Shown here: positions 7,339 to 16,507 of the stretch, piece by piece
How the letters are laid out: each line of letters begins with the position of its first letter
Position numbering within the stretch: the stretch's first letter is position 1
IMG/VR virus record: IMGVR_UViG_3300032753_000007
Span: 32,001 to 96,000 of that record
Direction: 5' to 3' (one strand)
Length of the DNA: 64,000 nt
DNA from: a virus
Notes under the pieces: model-generated
The model's database searches: none
Told to the model about the DNA's origin: nothing
Seen by the model: only the letters and a program-made list of their open reading frames with translations
Translations under genes and position numbers: made by a program

Positions 7339-8838
7339 ATGAATCTATTATCAGGTTTTACATCAGTACCGGCTATTACGCCAGCTTTTAATGTAGGTGG
7401 TGGTTTTGATATTTTAACCGGTGCATACTATATTGGTAGATGGGGGCAATCTATATTAAACGGTGGTTTATATTCTACAGTATCTATCGCTGGCCCTGCT
7501 AATTCATTTAAATCAGCTCTCATAGATTACTTACATTTAACAGTATGTGATAGAATTAAACCGTATCAATTATCTAAGTATTGTACTGAGAATTCATCTA
7601 CTTATAAACGGTTACAAGCACTTTGTGCTAAAATGCCTAATATGTCTAAAATAGATCACTCAAATGAATTTTTAGAACCTGAAGAAATAAAGATACGACT
7701 CACTACTATTAAAGAAGAAATGGGCGATGTGTATTTTTCTAAGATGAGTAAGCTATCTCGATTTAAAGCATCTGATAAATCTATAAAACGTTTTACTACA
7801 CCTTTTAGAAATGCTAAAGGCGATCCCATTACTATGATACAGCCTACTGGCCTTATCATAGACTCTATATCAGCTTTCATGACTACTAATGTAGAAGAAG
7901 GGATGATTGCTAATAATAACTTAGGTAGCTCTGAACAAAATACAGTATGGATGCGTTTAGGATTAGCTAAAAAATTATTAATATCTGAATTACCTGGATT
8001 ATGTTCTAGAGGCTCTATGTTTGTTGGTTTAACGGCTCATGTAGGCGAAGAGTTTGAATTAGGTGGCCCAATGGCACCTAAGAAACATAAGCTCACACAT
8101 GCTAAAAAAGGCACGACTATGAAAGGGGCTTCAAAAGCATTTGAGTATATAAATACTGTTTTATTTGAAATACAAAATGTTTCATTACTCAATAATAAAA
8201 CGTATAATACAGGTGTACTTTATCCAGCTAATGCAAGAGATAGAGGTGAAGAAACCGCTGATTTAATTTTAATTAAACTCATTGCTATTCGTAATAAAGA
8301 AGGTGGTAGTGGCAATAGATTAAATGTAGTTGTTTCACAACGTGAAGGTTTATTGCCTCATTTAACACAATTTCATCATTTAAAAGAATCTAAATTTTTT
8401 GGGTTAGTTGGAAATGATAGAAATTATGCATTAGCATTATTGCCCGACTTACCATTAAGTAGAACAACAGTAAGAAATCTTATTGACAATATGCCTGAGT
8501 TAAGAAGAGCATTAGAGATTACTGATGAGCTATTACAAATAAAAGAATACTGGGATACGCCTAAAGATGATTTACTCTGTACACCTGAAGAACTATACAA
8601 TGACATTATAGCATTAGGCTATAATTGGAAAACATTATTAAATACTAGAGGATGGTGGGTGTTTGATGAGCATCTTAATGATAATCTTCCTGAATTATCT
8701 ACCTGGGATTTATTGCGCATACGTAAAGGTTTATATAAGCCTTATTGGCTAAGCAGAAGTTGGGCTAAAACAGAAAAGCCAAAAGGACTCTTATTAGATG
8801 TACTATCACAAATATCTGAGGATGAAAAATATGACTAA
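7339..8838 (+). CDS. uvsX: UvsX/RecA-like recombinase (phiKZ gp152-like)
   Basis: Walker A GPANSFKS, Walker B LIIDSIS, LTAHVG and RNKEGGSG; size and position fit phiKZ-like RecA. Confidence 0.75.
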   Translation: MNLLSGFTSVPAITPAFNVGGGFDILTGAYYIGRWGQSILNGGLYSTVSIAGPANSFKSALIDYLHLTVCDRIKPYQLSKYCTENSSTYKRLQALCAKMPNMSKIDHSNEFLEPEEIKIRLTTIKEEMGDVYFSKMSKLSRFKASDKSIKRFTTPFRNAKGDPITMIQPTGLIIDSISAFMTTNVEEGMIANNNLGSSEQNTVWMRLGLAKKLLISELPGLCSRGSMFVGLTAHVGEEFELGGPMAPKKHKLTHAKKGTTMKGASKAFEYINTVLFEIQNVSLLNNKTYNTGVLYPANARDRGEETADLILIKLIAIRNKEGGSGNRLNVVVSQREGLLPHLTQFHHLKESKFFGLVGNDRNYALALLPDLPLSRTTVRNLIDNMPELRRALEITDELLQIKEYWDTPKDDLLCTPEELYNDIIALGYNWKTLLNTRGWWVFDEHLNDNLPELSTWDLLRIRKGLYKPYWLSRSWAKTEKPKGLLLDVLSQISEDEKYD

Positions 8839-9130
8839 AGATGTTTTAACCACTACAATAGATATCATTGCTGATGTCTGTAGTCATCGTGCCAGTGAAC
8901 GCTTTAAAGCTATGGTAACTAAAGCACGTTTTACACTAGATACTGAATTATCAGAAGCATTACAAGTCAAAGCTATTAATGTATTTTGGCGTAATCTTTT
9001 ATTAGATTATCCTAATACCATGCAAATTAGAATGTGGCTATGTGATTGTGAAACCATTGCAGCCTATGCACATGCATTTAAGTATTCGTGGTTACCTATG
9101 TTAGATGGCATTGGTATTTTCCATGACTAG
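8831..9130 (+). CDS. Hypothetical protein
   Basis: Track gives 8798..9130; GAGG SD favours the ATG at 8831 (MTKDV). Confidence 0.6.
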   Translation: MTKDVLTTTIDIIADVCSHRASERFKAMVTKARFTLDTELSEALQVKAINVFWRNLLLDYPNTMQIRMWLCDCETIAAYAHAFKYSWLPMLDGIGIFHD

Positions 9131-9785
9131 ACATGAAGTAGAAAAATGGTTTTTAGATTACATTGATGAGTTAGATCCAGGCAATGATAATGTTAAACTC
9201 TATAAAGAATTCTTTGCTACATTGAGTTTTAAAGATTTACAAAACTTAGGTAGACGATTAGTCAATAAAGAAATTACATTGCCGTATTATGCCGCTAATA
9301 TGGTAAATAGAGATATACCTGTTGATAATGCTTTAAAGGTATTAGATAAGTTAGGCGTTAATGTATTTCAGCGTGTAGAAGTAACTGATTCAGTAACAGG
9401 TGTTAGATATAAAAGTGCTGTTAAATATATGATATTAACATTACATGTTAGACGACAATCACAACATAGTTTAAAAGGTAAATCAACTGCTACAGATAGC
9501 GTTCATATTGACTATTTGACAGGTCAAGCAAGTGGTGTATCAGATACAACTCATTTATCATTACCTGAAATCATGAACTTAGAATCTGCTGGATTACATA
9601 AAGGCATTCAAGAAATGGTTAATGTACGAGGTGGTAATCAAAAAGGATTTAATGAAGCCAAACAACGTATTTATCAAACCGGTGGTTATAGCTTAGATTC
9701 TATTTTAGAATTAGGCTATAGACCTACTTCTACTGAAACGTTTCATGCATACTTACTTGGTATGCATTATGACAATAACTATTAA
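9123..9785 (+). CDS. Virion RNA polymerase beta subunit, C-terminal fragment (phiKZ gp149-like)
   Basis: KYMILTLHVRRQSQ...IDYLTGQ...LSLPEIMNLESAG...EMVNVRGG parallels the RpoB C-terminus (YMLKL.H...LVTQQ...GEMEVWALEAYG...EMLTVKS). Track start 9105. Confidence 0.75.
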   Translation: MTRHEVEKWFLDYIDELDPGNDNVKLYKEFFATLSFKDLQNLGRRLVNKEITLPYYAANMVNRDIPVDNALKVLDKLGVNVFQRVEVTDSVTGVRYKSAVKYMILTLHVRRQSQHSLKGKSTATDSVHIDYLTGQASGVSDTTHLSLPEIMNLESAGLHKGIQEMVNVRGGNQKGFNEAKQRIYQTGGYSLDSILELGYRPTSTETFHAYLLGMHYDNNY

Positions 9786-9799
9786 ATAGGATAATAGTA

Positions 9800-10588
9800 A
9801 TGTTAAAGCAAGGTGATACCTCTGTAAAAGTTAAGCAATTGCAATTAGCAATTGGTCTGAACAATATTACTGGTTACTTTGGCGTAGAAACAACTAATCG
9901 AATTAAACATATACAGCGAGATAAAAACATGATACCAACTGGAACAGTCAGCGATGATTTATTTAAAGAATTAGTACATACTACTGATATTAAATTAAAT
10001 CAACTTGTTAACATTTTACCTACTACTATCGTTAAAGAGCTCTATGCTTCTTTAAATCTTATACCAGAAATAACTGCTGCTAATATAGCACACTTTATAT
10101 CACAATGTATGGTAGAGAGTAGTAACTTTACACGCTGCGTAGAAGATTTAAGGTACTCAAAAGAAGGTTTATTAAAAAACTTTAGTAAATACTTTACACC
10201 TACTGAAGCCCATATATATGCTGGTAATGAAGCTAAAATTGCTAATCGCATTTATGCTAATCGCAATGGTAATGGAAATGAACACAGTGGTGATGGTTGG
10301 AAATATAAAGGCAGAGGCTATATATCACTAACATTTAAAGATAACTATAAAGAGTTTAGTGAGTATGTTAAACAACCTGCTATTATGACATCACCTGATT
10401 TAGTAGCTACTCAATACCCATTAGAGTCTGCTATATTCTTTTTTACTAAAAATAAATTATGGGGATTAAATGCACCTGCTAATAACCATGGTGTAATGAT
10501 TGTTAGAGAGCATGTTAATGGTGGCACAATTGGTTTATCAGAAGCCATTAAATGTTTTGATAAAGTCTATACTGCTATTAAAGCATGA
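9800..10588 (+). CDS. Modular endolysin: peptidoglycan-binding domain + GH19 (chitinase-like) domain
   Basis: LKQGD..VKQLQ..G.FG.ET (PG_binding_1); AHFISQCMVES, DGWKYKGRGYISLT, VNGG..GL (GH19). Confidence 0.9.
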   Translation: MLKQGDTSVKVKQLQLAIGLNNITGYFGVETTNRIKHIQRDKNMIPTGTVSDDLFKELVHTTDIKLNQLVNILPTTIVKELYASLNLIPEITAANIAHFISQCMVESSNFTRCVEDLRYSKEGLLKNFSKYFTPTEAHIYAGNEAKIANRIYANRNGNGNEHSGDGWKYKGRGYISLTFKDNYKEFSEYVKQPAIMTSPDLVATQYPLESAIFFFTKNKLWGLNAPANNHGVMIVREHVNGGTIGLSEAIKCFDKVYTAIKA

Positions 10589-11316
10589 AACACCACAAAC
10601 TACTTATACCCCTAGATTGTTTGTTTGATACTTATCTAGGGGTTGTTGATGCCCTGTATCCAAAAACCATCATCTCATTATTGAGTGATGGTTATTTTGG
10701 ACGTGTTCATAACAAGTTATCGGCATTTAATAAAAATATTGATGATTTAGCAGTTGCTAAAAGGTGGTCTAATCGTGATATAGAAATATTGCGAAATAGT
10801 AAACGAAGTGCATTAGTATCTGTATTAATGAAGTACTTTACTGATGTAAATAATAGTAATGAAGAAAATCCATTAGCTAATACCTATACAGTAGTCATTA
10901 ATACATGGCCTTATGATTTAGCTAATCAAGAATTAGTTGAGTTATTTTCTTTATTAATTGATTTATTTAACATTGGTGATATTAAACACATTCATGTAGC
11001 AATGGCTGATTTAACACCTGAATATATTAAAGAAAAACAATATACAAAATTCTTTTTATATGATTGGAATGAATGGCACTATCATCATAAATTAGCATTA
11101 CAGAAATGTAAAATACCTAAAATAACATGTGTATTTCCATTAACCTATATTAATGGCGTAACTACAGCTGAACATGAAGAAGAAGTAATAAAATGGACAG
11201 CAGCAGGTGCTTACTTACATATTGATTTAGAGATCGTTAGATTAGCAGATATGTCTATTGATGCTGAATTACTATTAAATGAACTAAAGGAAATTTATGA
11301 CCCACAAACAAATTGA
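10585..11316 (+). CDS. Conserved jumbo-phage protein with HAD-like N-terminal motif
   Basis: LLIPLDCLFDTYLG N-terminus, INTWPY; coupled within the core operon. Confidence 0.5.
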   Translation: MKHHKLLIPLDCLFDTYLGVVDALYPKTIISLLSDGYFGRVHNKLSAFNKNIDDLAVAKRWSNRDIEILRNSKRSALVSVLMKYFTDVNNSNEENPLANTYTVVINTWPYDLANQELVELFSLLIDLFNIGDIKHIHVAMADLTPEYIKEKQYTKFFLYDWNEWHYHHKLALQKCKIPKITCVFPLTYINGVTTAEHEEEVIKWTAAGAYLHIDLEIVRLADMSIDAELLLNELKEIYDPQTN

Positions 11317-11830
11317 ATCTATTTTACAAATACTAAATAAATGCATTAACACAAAACAAGCATTTAAAGATATTGCTGATTATCAAATTGAAATGAAATC
11401 TTTAAAAGGGAGTAGTTTTGCATTTGTTGATGATGATGAATCAGTAGCATTAATTAAATTAACATTAGAAAACATTACAATGCCATTTAGTGATGCAATA
11501 GAGAGAGATAAGAATAATGAAAGTATTAATTTTCCATTATTTAAAGAATTAGAAAATTTAACCTATGAATTTAGTTTTGTATCTGGATTATCATTAGATG
11601 ATTGGTCTGTATTAGCTACCTATATGGTTATGGCACATGAACGTAGTTTAAAGTATGTTTATGACATTGGTATATTAGATAGTAAAGTTAGATTACTATT
11701 AGGTAATCCTTGGTTATTTATTTTACTTTTATTAGAGTTAACACCATTTACATTGTATGCTGATATTGTAGAAACTGAATTATTAAAAATAGCTATTAAT
11801 CAACGTGTTGATAAACTCATAGCTACTTAG
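11297..11830 (+). CDS. Hypothetical protein
   Basis: AAGGA SD; 177-aa ORF. Confidence 0.65.
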   Translation: MTHKQIESILQILNKCINTKQAFKDIADYQIEMKSLKGSSFAFVDDDESVALIKLTLENITMPFSDAIERDKNNESINFPLFKELENLTYEFSFVSGLSLDDWSVLATYMVMAHERSLKYVYDIGILDSKVRLLLGNPWLFILLLLELTPFTLYADIVETELLKIAINQRVDKLIAT

Positions 11831-12215
11831 TAGTTTCTACTAATACCATAAAATCATTGTATGTTAATGATGATAGTTTTGTAGAGGTTTCATCTGGCAA
11901 TGGTACAATAGCAGGTACTTCAGGAGATTGTATTACTTTACTTTGAACAGTGTCTATTCTAAATGGATCACTCATTAGTTTAGTAAAGTGTTGTGCCATT
12001 GCAATAGATAGTTGTTTATTGCTTTCAGCATTAGATTCTTCTTGTTTAACTTTTAATTGGCCTAATGCAGTTGTGGTTAATCCAGCCAATAATAAGGCTT
12101 TATCTTTAGTTGACATTTCTTCTGTTGCAAGAATTTCTAATCTTTTTTGTTGTGCATAATTAATCACGTCTAATGGATTAGCTACATCAACAAGTGGTAA
12201 CTCATTTGTTTCCAT
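11823..12215 (-). CDS. Hypothetical protein
   Basis: AGGA SD on the minus strand; helical 130-aa ORF converging on the 11297 gene. Confidence 0.65.
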   Translation of the reverse strand: METNELPLVDVANPLDVINYAQQKRLEILATEEMSTKDKALLLAGLTTTALGQLKVKQEESNAESNKQLSIAMAQHFTKLMSDPFRIDTVQSKVIQSPEVPAIVPLPDETSTKLSSLTYNDFMVLVETTK

Positions 12216-12234
12216 TGTAATATTCCTATTATTT

Positions 12235-12266
12235 AATAAATTTTAAGCCATATATTATCTATATGA
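12235..12266 (+). promoter_or_regulatory. Putative early promoter
   Basis: AATAAATTTTAAGCCATATATTATCTATATG. Confidence 0.55.
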
Positions 12267-12291
12267 TAATTCAAAAACTAAGGTATAGCTA

Positions 12292-12795
12292 ATGCAATTA
12301 GTAAAAAATATACAAAAAGGACTATACGCAAAAAGCACAATTAAAAAAATGAAAGATAAAAACCTATCTATTTGGAATAGAGCTGTATTAGGTATTGATT
12401 TAATTACTGAAGATAATGCACCTACAGTAACATGGGTTTGGATGCAAACTTATATTTGGTCACCAGCTATTCCTAATTTAAATAAATTTGTTAGTCACAT
12501 AGAGCATGTTGTAACAAGCTATGATAAGCGATTACTCATCGATCACATCGCGCCTTATGCGCCAATTGATATTCGGTTAGATACGTGGTGCTATGCTGAA
12601 AACAATAACAACATTGGATTATTAGAGGGCTATTTTATTGTAGCGAGTTATATTAAACACATGAAAGATGCTAAATTAAAAGAGCATGAAATATCCGTAT
12701 TATCTCGAAAACTATATACGGTTTTAGCAACGTTTATTAAATTAACCATTATATTGGTGGAGTTAAAATATGGCAGAAAAAGAAGTTGGTTCTAA
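12292..12795 (+). CDS. Hypothetical protein
   Basis: AAGGT SD; 167 aa. Confidence 0.65.
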   Translation: MQLVKNIQKGLYAKSTIKKMKDKNLSIWNRAVLGIDLITEDNAPTVTWVWMQTYIWSPAIPNLNKFVSHIEHVVTSYDKRLLIDHIAPYAPIDIRLDTWCYAENNNNIGLLEGYFIVASYIKHMKDAKLKEHEISVLSRKLYTVLATFIKLTIILVELKYGRKRSWF

Positions 12796-13177
12796 AAATC
12801 CAATGATTGATGTAATAGAATCTGGATTACAAGGAATACATAGTACAACCAATGTTTTAGCATTTATCTTTAGAAAAGTTATTTGGGATATTAATATTGA
12901 TGCACCTACTTGGTACAAGTTGTTAAATGATTGGCAAATCATGTTAAGTAAATCTGAAATGACTCAGAAGCAATTAGCGAGTGATAGAGGAAATACTATT
13001 AGACGACTCGCTAAAGATAAGTTGCAATGGAGTGGTTTTATGTTAGGGCTGCATATACTACAAATTGAAAAAGTTGATATTGAAATGGTATTTCATAGAA
13101 ACGATACTATCCTTACCACTGTAAAAGTTACGGTACCCATTGTTAGAAAAAGTAAACCAAAACCAATTAATAAATGA
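12770..13177 (+). CDS. Hypothetical protein (possible helical nucleic-acid-binding protein)
   Basis: GGAG SD; LAFIFRKVI...SDRGN..R.L...L.W..F..GL pattern. Confidence 0.65.
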   Translation: MAEKEVGSKNPMIDVIESGLQGIHSTTNVLAFIFRKVIWDINIDAPTWYKLLNDWQIMLSKSEMTQKQLASDRGNTIRRLAKDKLQWSGFMLGLHILQIEKVDIEMVFHRNDTILTTVKVTVPIVRKSKPKPINK

Positions 13178-13183
13178 ATAATC

Positions 13184-13224
13184 ATATGTGATGAGCCTCA
13201 TAAGCTCATCACATATTTTTTTTT
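13184..13224 (+). terminator. Intrinsic terminator
   Basis: ATATGTGATGAGC-ctcataa-GCTCATCACATAT plus T tract. Confidence 0.8.
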
Positions 13225-13244
13225 ATCTTTATAAAGGAGTAAGT

Positions 13245-15818
13245 ATGGCTGATGTACAAGATCCAGAATATCAAGCAAGATTAGATCAAGCCAGTATTAA
13301 CGTTAACGGCACAGCTCAAGGTGGAGACAGTATCATTTATAATGGGGTAACTTACAACAAAAGCATTGTATTAGTTAATCCAAAAATTAATCCTGGAGCA
13401 TCACCAGATGGTAATTGGATAGCAGATATTACCCCTACACCAGGAGCAGCATTTGGATCTGATGGTGGCATTTCACCCACTTCAAGTATTCCAACATCTA
13501 CTAATGCTGCTAGTGGCTCTTTACTATCTGGCATTAGCAGTTCTGCAAACAATGTTGTTAGTGGTATATCTAGTAGTGCAGGTAATGCTGTAAATGGAAT
13601 TTCAAATACAGTAAACGGCGTTACTTCTCAAGCAAGTAGTTTACTAAATGGTGCTACTGATACAATTAGTAATTTACCTAAACAAGCGACATCATTATTA
13701 AGCGGTATATCTAGTACTGTATCGAGCGGCATTGGTAGCGTTGAATCGCTATTTAATTTTAGCTCAACGCCCTCTCCAGTAGTTACTCCTAATCCAGTAC
13801 CTACTCCTGTTGCTAAATTATCACCTACTAGTTTTCAAACATCACCTTTTGCTGAAAAAGTATTAGTAGATCCTTACCAAACATTTAATTTAAATAAACT
13901 CACATTACCAGAATTATCTATTGATAAAACAGTAGATTATTTAGAAAGCTTAATACCTACTGACATTATTAGCAATTTAAAAAAAGCACCAGACTTACTT
14001 AGCTTTTTATCACAAAAAGCAATGTCATTAGAAAATTTTGTAGGCTCATTAAGAAATATGATGCCGTCTAATTTTTCATTAGATGGCATATTAAGAAAAT
14101 GTGGTGCTTTAGATTTATTTAATAATATAAATGATATTAAAAACGTATATAGTAATTTAGGTGTAGAACTCAGTACCATTGGGCCAGATGCATTAGCTAC
14201 TGCTACTAATTACATATCTAATATAGAAGGTCAATTTAGTTCTGTATCTCAACAATTTTCATCATTAGGTGGAGGGCTATTAGGATCATATGGTAGCAAT
14301 AGTTATGGTAGTGTGCCTTATAGTTACAATGCATCGCCTATTGTATCTACTGCAGCTACATTAAGTTACGTTAATGAGTTAGCTAAAGTAACACCATCTA
14401 ATAGTGATATACTCTCTACAGTAGGATTAAATAGTATAAACAATAACAAACTATTAAATAGCACTACTAGCAGTACATTTACCACAATAATGGGAGCAGC
14501 TCAAACTATTGGTGCTTCTAATACGGCTAATATAGCTAATTCAGTATCGACATTAAATCCAGCATTAGTAACTTCTATTTATACACAAGCAGTAGCAAAA
14601 CTAGGAACAGCAAATAGTTCAGGAAATCTGCCTACTACAATTCCTAAAGTAGTAGCTTCTGGTATAGCTGCAGTAACTAAATTAGGTACAACTAATAGTA
14701 ATGCTATTTGTGCTATGACAACAACTCAATCAGCAGTTATTTTATCAATTGCTACACAATACGATACATTATCTTCTAAGTTCATTACTACGCTAACTAC
14801 ACAAATAGCAACGCATGGTAGTGCTACTATACAAACAATAGTTAATGATTTAAATACAGTTATTTCTACTACTGGTGTAACGCCATTATTAACGTTACTA
14901 AATACAGTTTATAAAACAAATAGCACTACTGCATTATCTACTGCTACAAATAGCAGTATTTATACAACGTTAATATCAGACATTAACGCCTATGGGATTA
15001 GCTTTATTTATTCACTTGCACAAAGCATTGCTGTTAGTGGTCAAGCTACTGTTATTTCACTAATTACAAATATTAGTGAAATAACGCCTGCTGTATTATC
15101 GCCTATACTAGCATCAGTATCCACTATACAAACAACAATGACTAGTTTAATTGCTGATATACAGACATTAACACCCGCACAATACACAGCTATTACAGAT
15201 ATATTGTCTACTTATGATCCTGGATTAATTAGTGCACTAGCTACTGCAAATACTACATTAACAGCAGCACAAGTACTACAAACTATCAATGCATTTACTA
15301 ATGTAGATCCTACTGTATTAAGTAATAGCATTATACAATTAACTAATCAGTCTACATCAACGCTAACTACTATTGGTAAATTAATGGCAGTTAATGAACC
15401 CTATAGCATTGTTAGTAATTCTGTGTATGGTGATCCAATATTACTACATTACGCAATAAAAGAAAGTTTAAAAATTTATTCATTAAAAGGTAATTATAAT
15501 GCTGTTTTAAATCTATTAACTAATTATAATGGCACTATTGTAGCCAATGATTTATTAACAGTTATTAGTAACCTATTAACTAATTATAAACAGACTACTT
15601 CTGATTTATTACTGGGATTAACAGAAGCGGGTGCTAATTTATTAAACGCTTTAAATAGCATTTATATTAATTGGTTTACTGTACTCAGAAATGGCATTAG
15701 TATTGAAAATACTTATATACTAATTGGCGCTAGTAACGATGCTTTAATTTTATTACAAACTCAACCATCCACAGCTATTGGGGCTACTTTAGTACTTGAT
15801 AACAACTATACAAAATAA
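13245..15818 (+). CDS. Large Ser/Thr-rich probable virion structural protein
   Basis: AAGGAG SD supports the start at 13245 (the track start 13188 lies inside the terminator); 11-residue SGISS repeats; low charge. Confidence 0.65.
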   Translation: MADVQDPEYQARLDQASINVNGTAQGGDSIIYNGVTYNKSIVLVNPKINPGASPDGNWIADITPTPGAAFGSDGGISPTSSIPTSTNAASGSLLSGISSSANNVVSGISSSAGNAVNGISNTVNGVTSQASSLLNGATDTISNLPKQATSLLSGISSTVSSGIGSVESLFNFSSTPSPVVTPNPVPTPVAKLSPTSFQTSPFAEKVLVDPYQTFNLNKLTLPELSIDKTVDYLESLIPTDIISNLKKAPDLLSFLSQKAMSLENFVGSLRNMMPSNFSLDGILRKCGALDLFNNINDIKNVYSNLGVELSTIGPDALATATNYISNIEGQFSSVSQQFSSLGGGLLGSYGSNSYGSVPYSYNASPIVSTAATLSYVNELAKVTPSNSDILSTVGLNSINNNKLLNSTTSSTFTTIMGAAQTIGASNTANIANSVSTLNPALVTSIYTQAVAKLGTANSSGNLPTTIPKVVASGIAAVTKLGTTNSNAICAMTTTQSAVILSIATQYDTLSSKFITTLTTQIATHGSATIQTIVNDLNTVISTTGVTPLLTLLNTVYKTNSTTALSTATNSSIYTTLISDINAYGISFIYSLAQSIAVSGQATVISLITNISEITPAVLSPILASVSTIQTTMTSLIADIQTLTPAQYTAITDILSTYDPGLISALATANTTLTAAQVLQTINAFTNVDPTVLSNSIIQLTNQSTSTLTTIGKLMAVNEPYSIVSNSVYGDPILLHYAIKESLKIYSLKGNYNAVLNLLTNYNGTIVANDLLTVISNLLTNYKQTTSDLLLGLTEAGANLLNALNSIYINWFTVLRNGISIENTYILIGASNDALILLQTQPSTAIGATLVLDNNYTK

Positions 15819-15821
15819 AAG

Positions 15822-16454
15822 GTGATTTATATGTTAATTAAGTTTGCAATTGAAAACGGCTATGCTATCATATTTTGGCTCTATGTAACATGGCACTCTA
15901 TTTTAATTATATATAACTTAGTAAGAAAAAAGAACACAGCTGTTAAAGTAGCAAAAGCATTAAATGAAGTATTAGAGAATAATCCTAGAATTGTTTTTAC
16001 TAAGCATGAAAGGAAGATACTAAAAGAAACAATGCCGTTAATGAATGATGTTTTGTTATTAAAAGTATTTTTTGAATTTCCTAGTATTAAATCATTAAGT
16101 GATAATAACTTAGTATCAGATAGAGTAATTAGTTTATATGAGTTAGGTAAAGATTGTAGCCCTAAAATACAAGAAGCTATTGTTTGGTTATTAATGTTAC
16201 AGACTAATATAAAATGTCATGAAGAATATTATCATAATAAAAAAATAGTCGTAAAAGAAGAAGTCTATAAAATACCTAAAACAAAAGTAGATTTATTGCA
16301 TCAGCTAAATGCTTTAAATGGAGAATGTAGTCGATTAAAAATATCTACCGATGCATTTACTGAAAAGGGCATTACATTTATGTATGGATTAGCAGTTGAA
16401 TTAAATCTATGCAGAACTCATGAAGGAAAACGTTTAAATTGGACAACGCATTAA
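15822..16454 (+). CDS. Hypothetical protein with N-terminal TM anchor
   Basis: Hydrophobic AIIFWLYVTWHSILIIYNLV followed by RKK. Confidence 0.6.
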   Translation: MIYMLIKFAIENGYAIIFWLYVTWHSILIIYNLVRKKNTAVKVAKALNEVLENNPRIVFTKHERKILKETMPLMNDVLLLKVFFEFPSIKSLSDNNLVSDRVISLYELGKDCSPKIQEAIVWLLMLQTNIKCHEEYYHNKKIVVKEEVYKIPKTKVDLLHQLNALNGECSRLKISTDAFTEKGITFMYGLAVELNLCRTHEGKRLNWTTH

Positions 16455-16465
16455 CTGCATATAGC

Positions 16466-16499
16466 ATCACTACAGAGCCAATTATGGCTCTGTAGTGAT
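16466..16499. terminator. Bidirectional hairpin terminator
   Basis: 15-bp arms ATCACTACAGAGCCA/TGGCTCTGTAGTGAT between convergent genes. Confidence 0.8.
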
Positions 16500-16507
16500 T
16501 GTATATA

